From: a virus
Direction: 5' to 3' (one strand)
DNA: 64,000 bases
Virus record (IMG/VR): IMGVR_UViG_3300020442_001264
Coordinates: 20,030-84,029 of that record
Shown: one piece after another, positions 57,100 through 64,000 of the stretch
How positions within the stretch are numbered: the first letter of the stretch is position 1
Layout: each line of letters begins with the position of its first letter
Notes under the pieces: generated by a model
The model's input: only the letters and a program-made list of their open reading frames with translations
Told to the model about the DNA's origin: nothing
Database searches by the model: none
Translations under genes and position numbers: made by a program

Positions 57100-57282
57100 T
57101 TAATATCCTTGCGTCATATGTTCGTATCCTTCTTTGCAGTCTTCTAGACGCTCACCGCAAATACAATGCTCCTCTTCTTCTTGTGTTGGAGCACCAACCA
57201 AATCCCTTACTTCTGCTTCAGTAAGTTTATACTGAGATAGTCTCCTTTGCTTTCGCTTGTTGTTACTAATCTCAGTATGCAT
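57100..57282 (-). CDS. Small hypothetical protein
   Basis: 60 aa; CICG..C..YEHMTQGY. Confidence 0.55.
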   Translation of the reverse strand: MHTEISNNKRKQRRLSQYKLTEAEVRDLVGAPTQEEEEHCICGERLEDCKEGYEHMTQGY

Positions 57283-57668
57283 TACTGTCTCCCAAAGTGG
57301 TCAGCAATAGCCTTTTGAACTACATCTTCTGCCATGTAACTCTTGCCACCTACATGCCATTGATAAGAACTAGACTGCCTAGAAACACTAGGGCCTTCTT
57401 CTTTCCAATCATAGATAGTTGCTGTGACATACTCCCAATCATCTGGAGATTCAGCATCCTCATCTAAGATTTTAAAAGTAAGTGTCCATTCAGTCCAAAC
57501 TTTATCATGTCCACCTTGTTCTTCAGCCTTATAAGTAGGCTCACCAAAAACATCAACCAAGTTGTAATAACTTTCGTTGATGTAACCTTGCAACGAAGTA
57601 CCGTTGATAGCGGCACTTTCGTCATTTTCTATATCAAGAATTTGAAAATCTAACATTATTTGCTCCAA
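57282..57668 (-). CDS. Conserved hypothetical phage protein
   Basis: NGTSLQGYI, FGEPT, DKV..EW, ATIYDWK, WHVGG. Confidence 0.7.
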   Translation of the reverse strand: MEQIMLDFQILDIENDESAAINGTSLQGYINESYYNLVDVFGEPTYKAEEQGGHDKVWTEWTLTFKILDEDAESPDDWEYVTATIYDWKEEGPSVSRQSSSYQWHVGGKSYMAEDVVQKAIADHFGRQ

Positions 57669-58072
57669 TATGACTCACTCAATGGGTCCATGTAGTGAGG
57701 TGTATTTATCGACTGAGTTACAGTAATTTCCTCACCATTGTAAGGACTCTTACCAGTTTTTGTAATCATAGGCTCAATCAAAGCATACTCTTCAACATGC
57801 ATAACTCTGTAGTTATTTCTATCTGCTTTATGAGTTTGACCTAAGTCTTTATCAGTAGCAGTTCTGTAGGCATTGTATGCTCTTGAATGATATTCAGGCT
57901 TACCTTCAGCAACTACTTTTTCAACATCAGCAATAGCCTTTTCATAGAACTTAATAGTCCTAGTGATACCAGCCTTAGCCGCCCCTTCTGATTTGTAATT
58001 ACCAGTTTTCCAAGAAGGCCTGGTTGGCTCTTTGTGGATACTGTCATTACTTTTATCTACTATTACAAACAT
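57656..58072 (-). CDS. Hypothetical early protein
   Basis: SD TAGGAG before ATG 58072; AAKAGITR, NTPHYMDPLSESYWS. Confidence 0.7.
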   Translation of the reverse strand: MFVIVDKSNDSIHKEPTRPSWKTGNYKSEGAAKAGITRTIKFYEKAIADVEKVVAEGKPEYHSRAYNAYRTATDKDLGQTHKADRNNYRVMHVEEYALIEPMITKTGKSPYNGEEITVTQSINTPHYMDPLSESYWSK

Positions 58073-58103
58073 AAGAACTCCTACTTTCTTAATTAATACT
58101 ATT

Positions 58104-58132
58104 ATTATACGGAAAAAGGCTGAGCAAGTCAA
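58104..58132 (-). promoter_or_regulatory. sigma70-type early promoter TTGACT-17-TATAAT
   Basis: Read on the - strand; upstream A-tracts (UP-like). Confidence 0.85.
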
Positions 58133-58161
58133 CCTTTTTTTCCACTTTTTTTGGAAATATT

Positions 58162-58581
58162 TTACTTGATTTTAGCAAGTCTTTCCTCTCTGTAATCAAG
58201 AGCACCTTCACCTAAATAAATGTTACCATCGTCTGCTCTGTACAGAGTAGCCAATGATGCTTCATCATCCTTAGCCTTTTGCTCTAATGAAAATTCTGCC
58301 TGTTCAAAAGTGATAGCACCGATTTGAACAAAGTCTAACAGCATGTCAGCAAACGGAATTTCACCATTTGATTTCCATACAGTCAAACCATCTACCTGAG
58401 CAGTATCTTCGAATTTCATCTCAATACTCTTGCCCCAGATATTACCATTTGGATCAGGTCGAAGTTGTTCTGTGAAAAGAACGTCACCTGTAAAGGTTTT
58501 GTTATCATCATGCACAGATGCCATTCCAAAACGTTGCTTACGAATGGTCTCACCTGCTATTTTTACTTCATTTGCTAACAT
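58162..58581 (-). CDS. Hypothetical early protein
   Basis: SD TAGGAG; WKSNGEIPFADML. Confidence 0.7.
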   Translation of the reverse strand: MLANEVKIAGETIRKQRFGMASVHDDNKTFTGDVLFTEQLRPDPNGNIWGKSIEMKFEDTAQVDGLTVWKSNGEIPFADMLLDFVQIGAITFEQAEFSLEQKAKDDEASLATLYRADDGNIYLGEGALDYREERLAKIK

Positions 58582-58614
58582 AAAAACTCCTACCTTTTTA
58601 CAAACTATACATAT

Positions 58615-58643
58615 ATTATAGGGTCAAACACCACCAAAGTCAA
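58615..58643 (-). promoter_or_regulatory. sigma70-type early promoter TTGACT-17-TATAAT
   Basis: Read on the - strand; upstream A-tracts similar to those of the 58104 promoter. Confidence 0.85.
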
Positions 58644-58687
58644 CCGTTTTTTCCACTTTTTTTGGCATTTTTTGGTTAAATATGTGC

Positions 58688-59314
58688 ATGATAGGGGTTA
58701 TTTCAGGGTATAGAACGGGTTCTACGACGCTCATAGAGGGCCTTAGCACACTTTTTGGGCTAGATTACAATCCAACGCACACTGGCGAGTTAGATTTTGC
58801 ACACGGGCATTATTATTCGCCCCACAGAGATGACATGATATATAAATTCATGCCCCAATCAGCAAGGCACAGAGAATCTGAACTTTGGGAAAGTATACAC
58901 GAAGATTGGTTATCAAAAAGTCAATTAATCTTCTCACTTAGACATGATGTAACTGCTCAAATTAAAAGTTATTATTTGGCAACCATAACAGGTGTTTGGC
59001 ATGGTGAAATGAATCCTATACAATCATACAATAATGTGCATTCAACAGACTTTAAAAATGTAGCAGACGTTCAAACTGATATTTGTATGAAAATGAATAG
59101 AGACACTTTAGAAGAATTTAAAGAGTCTTTTGTACAAAATTTACAAATGCAAAATGAAATATATGAGCAGTATGGTGGTGTAATTTCTGTTTTAGAACGA
59201 AGAAGTAGATTAGATTATAAGCCTTACAATTCGCCTTTTGTTTTGCCTGAACAGTTGAGAACTTGGGAAAGCGGCATTATCTTAAAAAATCACTTCCCTC
59301 ACTATAAATATTAA
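58688..59314 (+). CDS. Sulfotransferase-like protein
   Basis: YRTGSTTL, R..TAQIKSY..A; TAAATA (58677-82) lies 5 nt before ATG 58688. Confidence 0.55.
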   Translation: MIGVISGYRTGSTTLIEGLSTLFGLDYNPTHTGELDFAHGHYYSPHRDDMIYKFMPQSARHRESELWESIHEDWLSKSQLIFSLRHDVTAQIKSYYLATITGVWHGEMNPIQSYNNVHSTDFKNVADVQTDICMKMNRDTLEEFKESFVQNLQMQNEIYEQYGGVISVLERRSRLDYKPYNSPFVLPEQLRTWESGIILKNHFPHYKY

Positions 59315-59315
59315 T

Positions 59316-59405
59316 ATGGAGATATTTCTTTTAATTTGTTTAATGAGTTTGCCAATTGTAGCAGGAGCATATACTTTTTGGTTGTCTTACAAAATTAGCG
59401 GATAA
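59316..59405 (+). CDS. 29-aa single-helix membrane peptide (not in ORF track)
   Basis: TATAAATA at 59303-10, then 5 nt, then ATG; MEIFLLICLMSLPIVAGAYTFWLSYKISG. Confidence 0.45.
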   Translation: MEIFLLICLMSLPIVAGAYTFWLSYKISG

Positions 59406-60282
59406 TTTTAGCAAACATATTTGCTAATTGTTCATGTCCATACTTTCCAAAATGAACATTATCTCTAGCAAAATCCCATTCTGTGTGTCTCAGATAATCT
59501 ATGGAGTTTGGTAGCCTTGGTACGTTTTTGTTGCATTTATTTTTAACATACTCTAACATCTCAGACTGAACAAAACCTTCTATTAATTTTACTTCATGAT
59601 GAACACACAGTTGTATTACAAGTTCTCTCCAAGTCCAAAATTCTAATAGTGATTGCTGTTTGCTTTGCAACAGATGTGCTTTAAAAAGTACGTCTGCTTG
59701 TTTATCTATACTAGTATTTCCAGGAGCAAACTGATATACAAAAGGTTCTACTTGTTCTTCAGTAATAAAGTCCAGTACTTGGTCATCTATTTGTTTTTCC
59801 TTATTTCCAACTAACATTTTTCTTTCTTTGCTGGGCCACAACACCAAAAGTGTATCTGGAATAAGTTCTTCTTCAAAACATTGTTTTATCAGCATGGCAG
59901 TTGTGTCAATACCTATACTACCTACTCCTAGATTAATATGATATGTGTTAAACATATCAGCAAGTCTCGAACCCCAAACTTCTGAATCTCTTACACCAAT
60001 TCCATATGTATGACTACACCCTGCTGTCATTATTGTGTTAGGTTTAATTACAAATTCATTGCCTCTAAAGTTATGTTTGTTGACGGTATACATATACTCG
60101 TCTTCTGTATAATCTTGCAAATTACCGCCATCTTTCCAAAAGTTTGGAGTATCTGATGGCTGATATTGGAATGTATTTTGCTTTATTTTACCATTTGTTT
60201 CTGGATTTGGTTGCAAACAAAATGGAAAACCTTTTTTTGCTTCAGTAAAAGGTCTGAGAGTATTATAATTAAGTTGTCCCAT
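59395..60282 (-). CDS. SGNH/GDSL-like protein
   Basis: NKHNFRG, AGCSHTYGIG, NLGVG, LWP, ARDNVHFG; TAAATA lies 5 nt upstream. Confidence 0.65.
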   Translation of the reverse strand: MGQLNYNTLRPFTEAKKGFPFCLQPNPETNGKIKQNTFQYQPSDTPNFWKDGGNLQDYTEDEYMYTVNKHNFRGNEFVIKPNTIMTAGCSHTYGIGVRDSEVWGSRLADMFNTYHINLGVGSIGIDTTAMLIKQCFEEELIPDTLLVLWPSKERKMLVGNKEKQIDDQVLDFITEEQVEPFVYQFAPGNTSIDKQADVLFKAHLLQSKQQSLLEFWTWRELVIQLCVHHEVKLIEGFVQSEMLEYVKNKCNKNVPRLPNSIDYLRHTEWDFARDNVHFGKYGHEQLANMFAKIIR

Positions 60283-60297
60283 GTTAATATTTAACTA

Positions 60298-60663
60298 TCA
60301 ATCTAAACTATTTGCAAATTTTTCGATGTCGTTTGATACCAATTTAAGCCACATAGCATCATCTTCGCTGTATAATATCAAAGTTTTTTTCTCTAAGAAA
60401 TAGGGCCAACGCATTTTCTCATGCAGTCTAAGTAGTAGTTTCTTATGTATTCCTTCTGCTACAGGAAATTTATAATTATCATACTCTGACTTCAGTAAAG
60501 TATTTCCTAACTTTGTTAATCTTAATCCTGAGAAAGTGTTGTCTGATATTTGAAGATTCTTAAAAAGCATATAGCAGACGTCCATTGTAGAGTATTGTTG
60601 CAGAGTTTCATGCTTCTGCATCATCTTTACTGCTATCTTATATTGAAGTTGGTCATTCATCAT
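60298..60663 (-). CDS. Conserved hypothetical phage protein
   Basis: GLRLTKLG, WPYFL, DAMWLKL. Confidence 0.65.
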   Translation of the reverse strand: MMNDQLQYKIAVKMMQKHETLQQYSTMDVCYMLFKNLQISDNTFSGLRLTKLGNTLLKSEYDNYKFPVAEGIHKKLLLRLHEKMRWPYFLEKKTLILYSEDDAMWLKLVSNDIEKFANSLD

Positions 60664-60958
60664 TAACATCAGATTCAGTAACATACTCCCCTGATGTTAA
60701 TTTGACTACAGCAAATTCTTCTGTGCTGAAAGTTTTGTTTAACTTCTCTGCAAGATTGAAAGCATGTCCACTGTTACTGAAACTGACCTTTTTGTATTTT
60801 GGTCCTGGGTAACTTACAAGTTTATTCAATGTCCTTAAATTAATAGGTTTTCCTTTGTAAAACACACTGAATATTGCCTCAGCCGCCAATACCTGATCCG
60901 CTTTGTATGTGTCTTTGTGTACTGCTTCTAATAAAATTGTTGGTTTTGGTCTGCTCAT
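60653..60958 (-). CDS. Conserved hypothetical phage protein
   Basis: SD AGGAG; MSRPKP, PKYKKVSFSNSGHA; TAAATA upstream at 60978-83. Confidence 0.7.
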   Translation of the reverse strand: MSRPKPTILLEAVHKDTYKADQVLAAEAIFSVFYKGKPINLRTLNKLVSYPGPKYKKVSFSNSGHAFNLAEKLNKTFSTEEFAVVKLTSGEYVTESDVNDE

Positions 60959-61021
60959 GTATAGTCTCCTATACACTTATTTATCATAAAAACGTGTTTT
61001 AATGGTTATTTAAAACTATGT

Positions 61022-61327
61022 TTAACTTTGCAGAACTGCTTTTAACTCACCTGTTTGGTGCATTTCAGTAACAATGTCGCAACCACCAACCAACTCACCT
61101 TTAACGAACAGTTGTGGGAATGTGGGCCAGTCACTGATGGTAGGTAATACTTGTCTTACTTCTGGATCTTCGAGTATATCCATATAACTAAACTCTACAT
61201 TGTTTTCTTTGAGTACATCAACTACTCTAGCAGAAAATCCACACCTTGGTTGATGTGGATCTCCTTTCATGAACAATATGATATTATTGTCATTGATTAT
61301 GTCTTCTAATTGTTTTTTAACGTCCAT
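61022..61327 (-). CDS. grxD: Monothiol glutaredoxin (Grx4/GrxD)
   Basis: LFMKG..P.CGFS, WPTFPQLF, GGCDI. Confidence 0.92.
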   Translation of the reverse strand: MDVKKQLEDIINDNNIILFMKGDPHQPRCGFSARVVDVLKENNVEFSYMDILEDPEVRQVLPTISDWPTFPQLFVKGELVGGCDIVTEMHQTGELKAVLQS

Positions 61328-61770
61328 TATTGAGGAAATCCTTCTTCTACAAATTTTCCAATTGTTTCTATTTGTGCATCAGATAAATTTGCGGCTTGTC
61401 CCCACATCATCTGACTCATAGGACCTACAGTCCCATTGTTTTTATATGTTGTGAGTTTATCTATGATTGTTGTTGCAGATTGTCCTGCTAATTTAGGACC
61501 TACTCCGCCTTTACCTGTTGGGCCATGACATGCGGCACAACCTGCCCATAAACCTCTGATGCTACTAAAATCATCTGCTTGAGCAAGTTCTCTTTTTGCT
61601 CTTTCTATGTCTACTGTAGTACCATGTACTTTGACATATTCTACATAACAATCACCTGTACAATTTTGTACTCTAGGATAACCTTTAACTTCTAAATCAG
61701 GATATATAACTCCTGCAAAAAATACTGTGAATACGGCACAGCCAACCAATACTAAACCTAGTTCTTTCAT
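61327..61770 (-). CDS. Membrane-anchored class I cytochrome c (c553-like)
   Basis: N-terminal TM helix; CAACHG; GPKLAGQ; distal Met (MM). Confidence 0.85.
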   Translation of the reverse strand: MKELGLVLVGCAVFTVFFAGVIYPDLEVKGYPRVQNCTGDCYVEYVKVHGTTVDIERAKRELAQADDFSSIRGLWAGCAACHGPTGKGGVGPKLAGQSATTIIDKLTTYKNNGTVGPMSQMMWGQAANLSDAQIETIGKFVEEGFPQ

Positions 61771-61997
61771 TTTTCTCCGTCTATGAGTTTTTTAAATTCT
61801 TGATAGCCACCAATTTTATCACCGTTTACAATGATTTGGGGAAAAGTTCTAGCACCTGGAAATGTTTCCATAAGTGTTTCTCTATCAAAATCTACATCTA
61901 ACATCTTAACTGTTAAATCATGTTCTTCTCTTTCTGCTAATGCTTTTGCCATGTCACAGAAAGGACATTGTGGTTTGCTATATATTTCTACTTTCAT
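61767..61997 (-). CDS. Dithiol glutaredoxin
   Basis: CPFC, TFPQI, IGGY. Confidence 0.9.
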   Translation of the reverse strand: MKVEIYSKPQCPFCDMAKALAEREEHDLTVKMLDVDFDRETLMETFPGARTFPQIIVNGDKIGGYQEFKKLIDGEK

Positions 61998-61998
61998 T

Positions 61999-62319
61999 TT
62001 ATCTCTTTATTTTTAATCTAAACCAAAGTGCATCATCTTCGTTTTCGAAAGAAATCTTTGCATACTTTGTATCACGGATAACATCAAAATGCCATCCATA
62101 CTTTCCTTTTGCGTTACTATTTATATCTAGTAATATGTTATATGGTATTCCAACTGAACCCCATTCTTCGTCGAGACCTGTGTAATGACCTTGGTCCCAA
62201 ACTATTTCATGTTCAAAGAAATGATTATAACCACAACCCTCTCTCCAGTCATCACTTGCTGAAGTTCCATTGGTTTGTGGAGTAGTGCCTGTTGCTCTTT
62301 GTATCAGTGTTTTAATCAT
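61999..62319 (-). CDS. Hypothetical protein
   Basis: C-terminal FENEDDALWFRLK. Confidence 0.6.
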   Translation of the reverse strand: MIKTLIQRATGTTPQTNGTSASDDWREGCGYNHFFEHEIVWDQGHYTGLDEEWGSVGIPYNILLDINSNAKGKYGWHFDVIRDTKYAKISFENEDDALWFRLKIKR

Positions 62320-62486
62320 TTGTCTTTGAATTTGCCGCCTGTGTAAATTACTTCTTCTTTTGCAGGCTTGTTACTTTGGATTTCATTTATTACTCTGACT
62401 AAAAACTTTACGTCAAATGAAGTCTCCTTTGCATCTTGACTATCTAAATGCTTTACTCTGCTAATAAATTTGTCCAAATCACTCAT
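62316..62486 (-). CDS. Small hypothetical protein (56 aa, not in ORF track)
   Basis: MSDLDKFISRVK...TGGKFKDK; TAATG and ATGA couplings. Confidence 0.6.
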   Translation of the reverse strand: MSDLDKFISRVKHLDSQDAKETSFDVKFLVRVINEIQSNKPAKEEVIYTGGKFKDK

Positions 62487-63010
62487 TACTTGCTCATTGC
62501 CTTACGTTTAATTTTGTTAAGGACTTTAAGTCTTTGCTTGAGTTCTAGTTTAGTTTTAAATGGTCCTTCATAACCATAAGTTATTAATGTATTTAACTTA
62601 GGACAATTACCATGTTTCCAACCTTTCTCAAAGTTAATTGCATACCAACCTGCCGCATAATAAACTGTGCTATTCTCAGTTTTTGCGAACAATGGTATCT
62701 CTTCCATATAGTCAGGATGACTATGGTCAATAGGCACAGGATTTGGATAGTCAACTGCAAAGCCTTTGATATAAAAAGTTGCAGGTTGAGTCACATCTAA
62801 ATCAACACCTTCCTCAAATAAAAACTGATTCTTAAATGCTTCTTGAACATCTTCTTTTGTATCAAACAAAATAGTTTCAGTCTTGTCAAGATATGTAAAT
62901 TTATCTTGAACAGTTTTATGTAAAATGCCTACACGTTTGTCTGCATCGTTTACTATCCAAGCATCATCACTAATCTTTTGTAATTGTACTTGGTCTTTGA
63001 ACTTAATCAT
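62486..63010 (-). CDS. Conserved hypothetical phage protein
   Basis: PLFAKT..S...AAGWY, CPKL.TL..Y.YEGPFKT. Confidence 0.7.
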   Translation of the reverse strand: MIKFKDQVQLQKISDDAWIVNDADKRVGILHKTVQDKFTYLDKTETILFDTKEDVQEAFKNQFLFEEGVDLDVTQPATFYIKGFAVDYPNPVPIDHSHPDYMEEIPLFAKTENSTVYYAAGWYAINFEKGWKHGNCPKLNTLITYGYEGPFKTKLELKQRLKVLNKIKRKAMSK

Positions 63011-63153
63011 TCTTTTTCTCCATTAATTGTTCCGTATTCGGAAATCAGTTCACGTTCTTGTTTCCCAAACTCTCTGCGATATAGTTTAGTATCAACTCTT
63101 TCATAGATATACTTTTTATCTGTACTGCCTGGATCTTTAATCTCAGCAAACAT
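63007..63153 (-). CDS. Small hypothetical protein (48 aa, not in ORF track)
   Basis: MFAEIKDPGSTDKKYIYERVDTKLYRREFG...; ATGA coupling. Confidence 0.5.
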   Translation of the reverse strand: MFAEIKDPGSTDKKYIYERVDTKLYRREFGKQERELISEYGTINGEKE

Positions 63154-63166
63154 TTTATCTATATCT

Positions 63167-64000
63167 TTATTCAGCGATACCATTCAACATACTCGCATAG
63201 TTATTAGGATTCTCACTCATACGTTGCAAGTTCCACTTAGCACAGAACTTCATAAAATGTATTCCTACATTCCTAATTTGTTCTGTTTTCTTTTGTTGTG
63301 AAATCCTTTCACGTATTAGTTCTTTAATTTCGTCAGGTTGAGCAGTTAGGTCAATAAGTATTCTGTTTCTTTCGAAACAATCTCTTACCCTTTGCTCATC
63401 ACCGTTATGGTCTACCCAACGTTGTAGCATAAAATTATTATAGTTAAAGCCTGTGCTGTTTCTATCGTCATAGGCTTCTTTTATGCCAGTCTTGTTCTTT
63501 GTGCCTTTTACTCTTGCACCAGGGTATGCACTAAACACATTGTCTGTAGGATCTCCCCTTACACATTTTTCAAACAATATGTATTCAGGATCTGGTAATT
63601 CTTTTTCATTACCTGTCTTTTTATCTATAACTCTATTGCCTGTCTTAGCATCTACAAAGCCTTCAAGGCTTACAAGTTGGTCAGTTGTGCCATTGTATTG
63701 TGTAACATTATCAGCCATTAGTTGATAAAAGTCACTGTCTGTACTAACAATCATGTGTTCATCATCTGGATGATCCTGTATCCACAATGCAATCATATCA
63801 TCTGCTTCTGCTTGTTCGCATCTAATAACACTACAATTTGTCTTATCAGCAAAGAACTTAACCATGTCATCATATGCTTCAAAGTATAATTCATCATCTT
63901 CTACTTCACGTGGACTACGTTGATCCATTGTAACTTTTCTATTCTTCTTGTAAGGCTCATAGAAGTCTTTACGCCAACTTCTACCTTCTAAACATAATAC
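63167..64000 (-). CDS. rnh: T4 RNase H-like 5'-3' exonuclease (5'-partial)
   Basis: Frame is open to the window end (LEGRSWRKDFY..YK); EADD, STDSDF.QL, GDPTDNV, NRILIDL. Confidence 0.9.
   Translation of the reverse strand, partial: VLCLEGRSWRKDFYEPYKKNRKVTMDQRSPREVEDDELYFEAYDDMVKFFADKTNCSVIRCEQAEADDMIALWIQDHPDDEHMIVSTDSDFYQLMADNVTQYNGTTDQLVSLEGFVDAKTGNRVIDKKTGNEKELPDPEYILFEKCVRGDPTDNVFSAYPGARVKGTKNKTGIKEAYDDRNSTGFNYNNFMLQRWVDHNGDEQRVRDCFERNRILIDLTAQPDEIKELIRERISQQKKTEQIRNVGIHFMKFCAKWNLQRMSENPNNYASMLNGIAE

Noticed and set aside
58073-58132. N-terminal extension of ORF 57656 given in the track (also 51371-51424 and 60959-60976)
   Set aside because: The extensions run through promoter or SD sequence; downstream ATGs with good SDs are the likely starts.
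1-64000. Bacterial chromosome island or eukaryotic giant virus
   Set aside because: Baseplate/fibre genes, T4-like RNase H and ligase, SD sites, sigma70 and TAAATA promoters and dense small ORFs indicate a tailed phage.
1-64000. Stop-codon reassignment
   Set aside because: Genes are full length under the standard code; TAG (30997, 49138) and TGA (18861) end genes at natural boundaries.

Overview
AT-rich segment of a large (jumbo, T4-like/GAP32-Atu_ph07-like; family assignment is inference) tailed-phage genome, probably aquatic. It has four parts. (1) 1-11949, + strand: virion/baseplate/tail genes, including a 5'-truncated >2700-aa protein, closed by a terminator. (2) 12014-49138, + strand: a nearly gap-free ~37-kb block of about 45 genes. 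It holds eight radical-SAM enzymes with an N-terminal twitch-type Fe-S domain, about nine glycosyltransferase-like proteins in three paralog families (one with ~12 tandem repeats), phosphomannomutase, a UDP-glucose dehydrogenase-family enzyme, carbamoyltransferase, an APS-kinase fusion, sulfotransferase-, SGNH-, methyltransferase-, 2OG-Fe(II)- and PLP-like enzymes, a desaturase and alternative oxidase. (3) ~49140-52190: a strand-switch zone with structured non-coding DNA, a candidate origin or ncRNA. (4) 52193-64000, mostly - strand: early/replication genes (DNA ligase, RNase H/5'-3' exonuclease, glutaredoxins, cytochrome c, many small ORFs); five near-consensus sigma70 promoters lie on the - strand at 49906-58643. 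Two regulatory features are read directly from the sequence. A T4-late-like TAAATA element sits exactly 5 nt before SD-less ATGs, predicting leaderless late mRNAs. A hairpin that sequesters a start codon is split by one such promoter. Best candidate for an undescribed system: a late-expressed phage cluster of twitch radical-SAM enzymes plus glycosyltransferases, plausibly building a heavily tailored glycan for the virion or host surface. All product calls come from motif recognition only; no searches were run.
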